The translations under genes were made by a program, and so were the position numbers. The notes beneath the pieces were generated by a model. That model worked only from the letters and a program-made list of their open reading frames with translations. It ran no database searches and had not been told where the DNA came from. A stretch of 32,000 nucleotides of DNA from Sinorhizobium meliloti (GTDB lineage Bacteria > Pseudomonadota > Alphaproteobacteria > Rhizobiales > Rhizobiaceae). Below are positions 28,155 to 32,000 of this stretch, piece by piece. The stretch covers positions 660,001 through 692,000 of the forward strand of contig NZ_JAGIOS010000003.1 in the NCBI RefSeq assembly GCF_017876815.1, given 5' to 3'. How positions within the stretch are numbered: position 1 is the first letter of the stretch; every line of letters starts with the position of its first letter.

Positions 28155-29113
28155 TCCGCTACCGCCTCGTCCAGCATTCGCATGATCGGCCAGTCAGGCT
28201 CGAAACCGAGTGTCTCGCGAATGCGCTGATTGGATGTGTGATACCAAACACCGGCGCCAGGCAGATCCACCGTCAAAAGCGGCAACCCGGTCATTTGCGC
28301 CATTACGGGCAGGATCTGGGCGAAGTCAACAGGTTCGGAAGCCCCCAGATTGAAGATACCACGGGCTGCCTTTTGGTGCGTAAGTGCAAGAAGCACGCCT
28401 TGGGCCATGTCGCGGGTGTCGGTAATATGCATTCGGAACGGCCGCCCCTCTTCATTGCGGGTCAGCACCAGCGCGGGCCGACCGGGGTCGGCCGCACGCA
28501 GAAGGTCGGCCGCAGCCTTATTGCCAAAGTTTTCCTGCTGCTCGATTTTGGGTCGAAGAAAGAAGCGCGGTCCGGAGAAGAAGCTTTCGGGGTCGAGCAG
28601 CTCACTTGCGTTCTGCGTGTGCGAGAAGCGCAGGATTACCGTCTCCATCGACGATACGCGCCCCTGGAACGTCACCAGTTCCTCGCCGAGAAGCTTGGTC
28701 AGGCCGTATGGCGACAGCGGCTTCTTCGGATGGTCTTCGGTAATCGGTTGAAACTCCGGTTTGTTTTCCGGGTAGACCTCGCCGGAACTCGCGAAGACGA
28801 AGCGCCCGACCTTAGCCGCGGCCGCGGCCTCGAGCACGATGCGCGTCCCCTCGACATTTGCCCGAAAGAGTTTGTCGCGATCGCTTGCCAGCCAGGACAT
28901 GAAAGCGCCGAGATGAAGCACCGCGTCGGTGCCTTCGCAAGCGCGTATTGCCGCTTCCCGATCGTCGAAGGCCCCGATGACTTCGTCGAAGCCGCCGTCC
29001 TCGATACCGGCCGAGCGAAGGTCGAAGCCCCGGACTTGATGGCCGCCGGCAATCAGCCGCCGGACGAGAAAGGCGCCGACCCTTCCGGCAGAGCCCGTTA
29101 CAAGCACTTTCAT
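28133..29113 (-). CDS. NAD-dependent epimerase/dehydratase-family protein (extended SDR)
   Basis: MKVLVTGSAGRVGAFLV (GxxGxxG), ASSGEVY and YGLTKLLGE (YxxxK). The ATG lies 1 nt after the ATPase stop. The 3' end overlaps the IclR-lactonase ORF by 22 nt. Confidence 0.85.
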   Translation of the reverse strand: MKVLVTGSAGRVGAFLVRRLIAGGHQVRGFDLRSAGIEDGGFDEVIGAFDDREAAIRACEGTDAVLHLGAFMSWLASDRDKLFRANVEGTRIVLEAAAAAKVGRFVFASSGEVYPENKPEFQPITEDHPKKPLSPYGLTKLLGEELVTFQGRVSSMETVILRFSHTQNASELLDPESFFSGPRFFLRPKIEQQENFGNKAAADLLRAADPGRPALVLTRNEEGRPFRMHITDTRDMAQGVLLALTHQKAARGIFNLGASEPVDFAQILPVMAQMTGLPLLTVDLPGAGVWYHTSNQRIRETLGFEPDWPIMRMLDEAVAEWTIRQA

Positions 29114-29114
29114 G

Positions 29115-30203
29115 TCAGTTTACTGCCTTTTCTGTCTTTGCGTCGAAGAGGTGGACCTCTGAGGCATTGAACGAGAGCACAAGCTCTTCGCCCTCGCGGA
29201 TGGGGCCTGCGTGTGCGATACGGGCGATTAGACCCTTGCCGCGCTCCTCGTCGCGCGCATCCGCTCTGTAGGCGTGCTCGCCAGGTTCGAAGTAGACGTA
29301 CTTTTCCGAGCCGAGGCTTTCCACCAAAGTCGGCTTTACGGTGAATGTGACGTCACCTGGACCGAGCGCGAGGTGTTCGGGCCGGATGCCGACGATGATC
29401 TCTCCCGCGCCGACGCCGACAGCCGCATTGAAGGTCTGGCCGAAGAGCGTCAGCTTGCCGGCTTCGATCCTGGCGCGCAGGAAGTTCATGCCCGGCGAGC
29501 CGATGAACCCGGCGACAAAGAGGTTCTCCGGCTTGGCGAACAAAGTATCAGGGTCGGCGATCTGCTGGATGGCGCCGTCACGCATGATGACGACACGATC
29601 GGCCATGGTCATCGCCTCGATCTGATCGTGCGTGACATAGACCGTCGTGACGCCGATGCGCTTGTGAAGCGCGCTGATCTCGGCGCGCGTATGGACGCGC
29701 AGCTTGGCGTCGAGGTTGGAAAGCGGCTCGTCCATAAGGAAGGCGCGCGGCTCGCGCACGATAGCGCGGCCGAGTGCGACGCGCTGGCGTTGTCCGCCCG
29801 AAAGCGCCTTCGGTCGCCGGTCCAGCAGATGGTCGACTGCGAGGATCTTGGCCGCCGCGCGAACCCGCCTGTCGATCTCTGCCTTGGGCATCCCACGCAT
29901 CTTGAGCCCGAAGCCCATATTCTGACCCACCGTCAGATGCGGGTAGAGAGCATAGTTCTGGAAAACCATCGCGATGTCGCGGTCGCCCGGGGCAAGGTCC
30001 GTCACGTCCCTGTCGCCGATCATGATCTTGCCGCCGCTTGCAGGCTCCAGCCCGGCAAGAATTTTCAACATCGTTGACTTGCCGCAACCCGAAGGACCGA
30101 CCAGTACGACGAACTCACCATCCGCGATCTCCAGCGAGAACTCCTTGAGCACGTTGAGCGCTCCGTAGTCCTTGTAGACGTTTTGAATGCTTATTCCGGC
30201 CAT
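29115..30203 (-). CDS. ABC sugar-transporter ATP-binding protein (MalK/UgpC type)
   Basis: Walker A GPSGCGKST, Q-loop, signature LSGGQRQR, Walker B FLMDEPLSNLD, H-loop YVTHD, and a C-terminal MalK-like regulatory domain. Confidence 0.95.
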   Translation of the reverse strand: MAGISIQNVYKDYGALNVLKEFSLEIADGEFVVLVGPSGCGKSTMLKILAGLEPASGGKIMIGDRDVTDLAPGDRDIAMVFQNYALYPHLTVGQNMGFGLKMRGMPKAEIDRRVRAAAKILAVDHLLDRRPKALSGGQRQRVALGRAIVREPRAFLMDEPLSNLDAKLRVHTRAEISALHKRIGVTTVYVTHDQIEAMTMADRVVIMRDGAIQQIADPDTLFAKPENLFVAGFIGSPGMNFLRARIEAGKLTLFGQTFNAAVGVGAGEIIVGIRPEHLALGPGDVTFTVKPTLVESLGSEKYVYFEPGEHAYRADARDEERGKGLIARIAHAGPIREGEELVLSFNASEVHLFDAKTEKAVN

Positions 30204-30204
30204 T

Positions 30205-31035
30205 TCACTTCTCCGCGCCGGCAGTCAGGCCGCCGACCAAATAGCGTTCGAGGAACAGGTAGATGAGGATGATCGGCAGCGCGATGAACACGGCCGCCGC
30301 CGAGATCTCGTTCCAGTCGGTGACGTACTCGCCCTTCATCGTGGTGATGCCGAGATTGGCCGTCCAACTGCCCTGGGCATTGGTCAGGAAGGTGCGAGCA
30401 TAGGCATAGTCCGCCCAGGAGAGGACGAAGGCATAAAGCGCCGTTGCAGCTAGACCAGGCGTCGCTACCGGAAGCACGACCCGGAACAGGGCGCCAAGCG
30501 GAGAGCAGCCATCGACCATCGCCGCCTGCTCCAACTCGCGCGGGATCGTGTCGAAGTAGCCCTTCAACATCCAGGTGGTGAAGGGGATGATCAGCGTCGC
30601 ATGGGCGAGGACAAGCGACCACAGGCTCCCGATCAGCCCCATCGAGCGGAAGATGCCGAAAAGCGGAATGACAAGCAGCGTTGCCGGCAACATCTTCGCT
30701 GTGAGAATGAAGAGGCCGAGCGATCGCCCGCCCTTCACGCTGAAGCGCGACAGGCTGTAGCCTGCGAAGACCGAAACAACCATCGACAGGGCTACAGAAC
30801 CGAGCGCCGCGAGCGTCGAGTTCCACAGCCATAGGAAGATCGGCCGCTCGGTACCCACTTTGGCGAAGGTGCTCCACTGCGGTTCGGCCGGCCAGAAGGA
30901 CGGCGGCAACTGGCGGATTTCCGCGAGCGTCGACAGCGCCGTGACGAACAGCCAATAGATAGGAAAGAGAAGGACACCGCAGACGACGGCAAGGCCGACG
31001 TAGAGCGAGAGCGTTTGAAGGGTGGTGCGCTGCAT
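30205..31035 (-). CDS. ABC sugar-transporter permease (CUT1 family, UgpE/MalG-like)
   Basis: 276 aa from ATG 31035 (MQRTTLQTLSLYVGLAV...), preceded by ggagg at 7 nt. EAA loop: EQAAMVDGCSPLGALFRVVLP. The longer track ORF (to 31554) overlaps the upstream permease gene in another frame. Confidence 0.9.
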   Translation of the reverse strand: MQRTTLQTLSLYVGLAVVCGVLLFPIYWLFVTALSTLAEIRQLPPSFWPAEPQWSTFAKVGTERPIFLWLWNSTLAALGSVALSMVVSVFAGYSLSRFSVKGGRSLGLFILTAKMLPATLLVIPLFGIFRSMGLIGSLWSLVLAHATLIIPFTTWMLKGYFDTIPRELEQAAMVDGCSPLGALFRVVLPVATPGLAATALYAFVLSWADYAYARTFLTNAQGSWTANLGITTMKGEYVTDWNEISAAAVFIALPIILIYLFLERYLVGGLTAGAEK

Positions 31036-31046
31036 CGCTCGACCTC

Positions 31047-31952
31047 CTAATACATTGCCTGGGACTTGCGGCCGAGCATCAACAGGCTGGCGACGACGCA
31101 CAGCACGAGGGTTACGATGCCGATTGCGGAGGCGTAACCCATGTTGAAGAAGCCGAAAGCCTGATCGTAGGTCATGATCGAGAGCGTTTGCGTCGCCTTG
31201 AGCGGCCCGCCGTCGGTCAGCACTTTGATGATTGAAAGATCCCGGAAGACCCAAAGGACAACGAGCACCGACGTCACGCCGAGAACAGGCATGAGCACGG
31301 GAATGGTGATGTACCAGAAGCGCTGGAACGCGTTCGCGCCATCGACCTTGGCGGCGTTGTAGAAATCTTCCGGAATGGACTGCAAACCGGCAAGCGTCAT
31401 GATGGAGACGAAGGGGTAACCCTTCCAGATCATCGTTATCGCCACCACCCAGAATGCGGCGGTGGGTTCGGAGAACCAGTTGATCATCTGGCTCGTAATG
31501 CCGAGCTTGATGAAGAGCCAGTTCATCAAGCCGAAGGAAGAATCGAAGATCCAAGCGAAAATGACGACGGCGATGACTTCGGGAACGGCCCAGGGCAGAG
31601 CCACGAAGAGACGCGCCAGCGTCCGCCCCTTGAAACGGTTATTGACCAGCAAGGCCGTTCCCAGACCGACGGCGAAACAGGCTGCACTGACAACCACGAC
31701 CAACTTGATCGTCACCCAGCACGAGTTCCAGAAATCCGGCGAGGCGAATAGCTTGTGGTAGTTTTCCAGTGTGAACGGCTTGCGCGGTGCGCTGAGCGTC
31801 GCCATGCCGATCTTCTGGAAAGACAAGTCGAGGGACACGAACAGCGGATAGACGATGATCAGGGCGACCAGCGCGACGGCCGGCAGCAACAACAGATAGC
31901 CCAGCCAATGCTGCCGGCTCGGCCGTGCCAGATCGAGGAAGCGTAGGCTCAT
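31047..31952 (-). CDS. ABC sugar-transporter permease (CUT1 family, UgpA/MalF-like)
   Basis: The ATG at 31952 (MSLRFLDLARPS...) is preceded by aagagg. The GTG at 31988 is an alternative start. There are multiple TM segments. EAA loop: YNAAKVDGANAFQRFWYITIP. Confidence 0.9.
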   Translation of the reverse strand: MSLRFLDLARPSRQHWLGYLLLLPAVALVALIIVYPLFVSLDLSFQKIGMATLSAPRKPFTLENYHKLFASPDFWNSCWVTIKLVVVVSAACFAVGLGTALLVNNRFKGRTLARLFVALPWAVPEVIAVVIFAWIFDSSFGLMNWLFIKLGITSQMINWFSEPTAAFWVVAITMIWKGYPFVSIMTLAGLQSIPEDFYNAAKVDGANAFQRFWYITIPVLMPVLGVTSVLVVLWVFRDLSIIKVLTDGGPLKATQTLSIMTYDQAFGFFNMGYASAIGIVTLVLCVVASLLMLGRKSQAMY

Positions 31953-32000
31953 GATTGCCTCTTGTTTCTTGCGGGGACCAGACGCCACATAAGGGGCGCC

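Noticed and set aside
27087-30077. Plus-strand ORFs 27087..27761, 28238..29170 and 29274..30077
   Set aside because: They are antisense to the IclR-lactonase, epimerase-family and ABC ATPase genes, all of which have clear family motifs. The products are Arg/Ala/Gly-rich with no similarity.
31036-31554. Upstream extension of the second permease ORF (track ORF 30205..31554, 449 aa)
   Set aside because: It overlaps the first permease gene in another frame. A canonical ggagg-N7-ATG at 31035 gives a normal 276-aa CUT1 permease.

Overview
High-GC alphaproteobacterial accessory DNA that reads like a Sinorhizobium/Rhizobium symbiotic megaplasmid (pSymA-like) segment. This assignment is inferred from gene content; all homology calls come from memory of protein families, with no searches run. 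Content from left to right: (1) the end of an IS256-family element. (2) A NifA/sigma-54 nifH-type promoter driving a mosaic rhizopine-synthesis (mos)-like locus: a nifH 5' stub, an aldehyde dehydrogenase (ALDH) fragment, an intact DapA/MosA paralogue, a fixA 5' stub, and a frameshifted, truncated NifT-aminotransferase fusion (mosB-like). No transporter gene (mosC) follows. (3) A DUF1611 gene, a decayed thioredoxin-like gene and a pyridoxal kinase gene. (4) A complete IS5-family element with a translationally coupled passenger ORF. (5) A stachydrine-demethylase-type Rieske oxygenase cluster (stc2 intact, stc3-like reductase frameshifted, stc4-like flavin reductase) with a divergent LysR regulator. 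(6) A Ros/MucR paralogue lacking two zinc ligands, bracketed by IS remnants. (7) groES-groEL preceded by a CIRCE operator. (8) A thermonuclease gene destroyed by an intact IS5/IS427-type element. (9) cspA. (10) A prophage head-module relic and other gene fragments. (11) A minus-strand sugar-uptake/oxidation operon (two ABC permeases, an ATPase, an extended SDR, a classical SDR) that contains a single-polypeptide IclR regulator-SMP-30 lactonase fusion. No rRNA, tRNA or CRISPR array was recognised. The region carries many pseudogenes. Frameshift positions are approximate.
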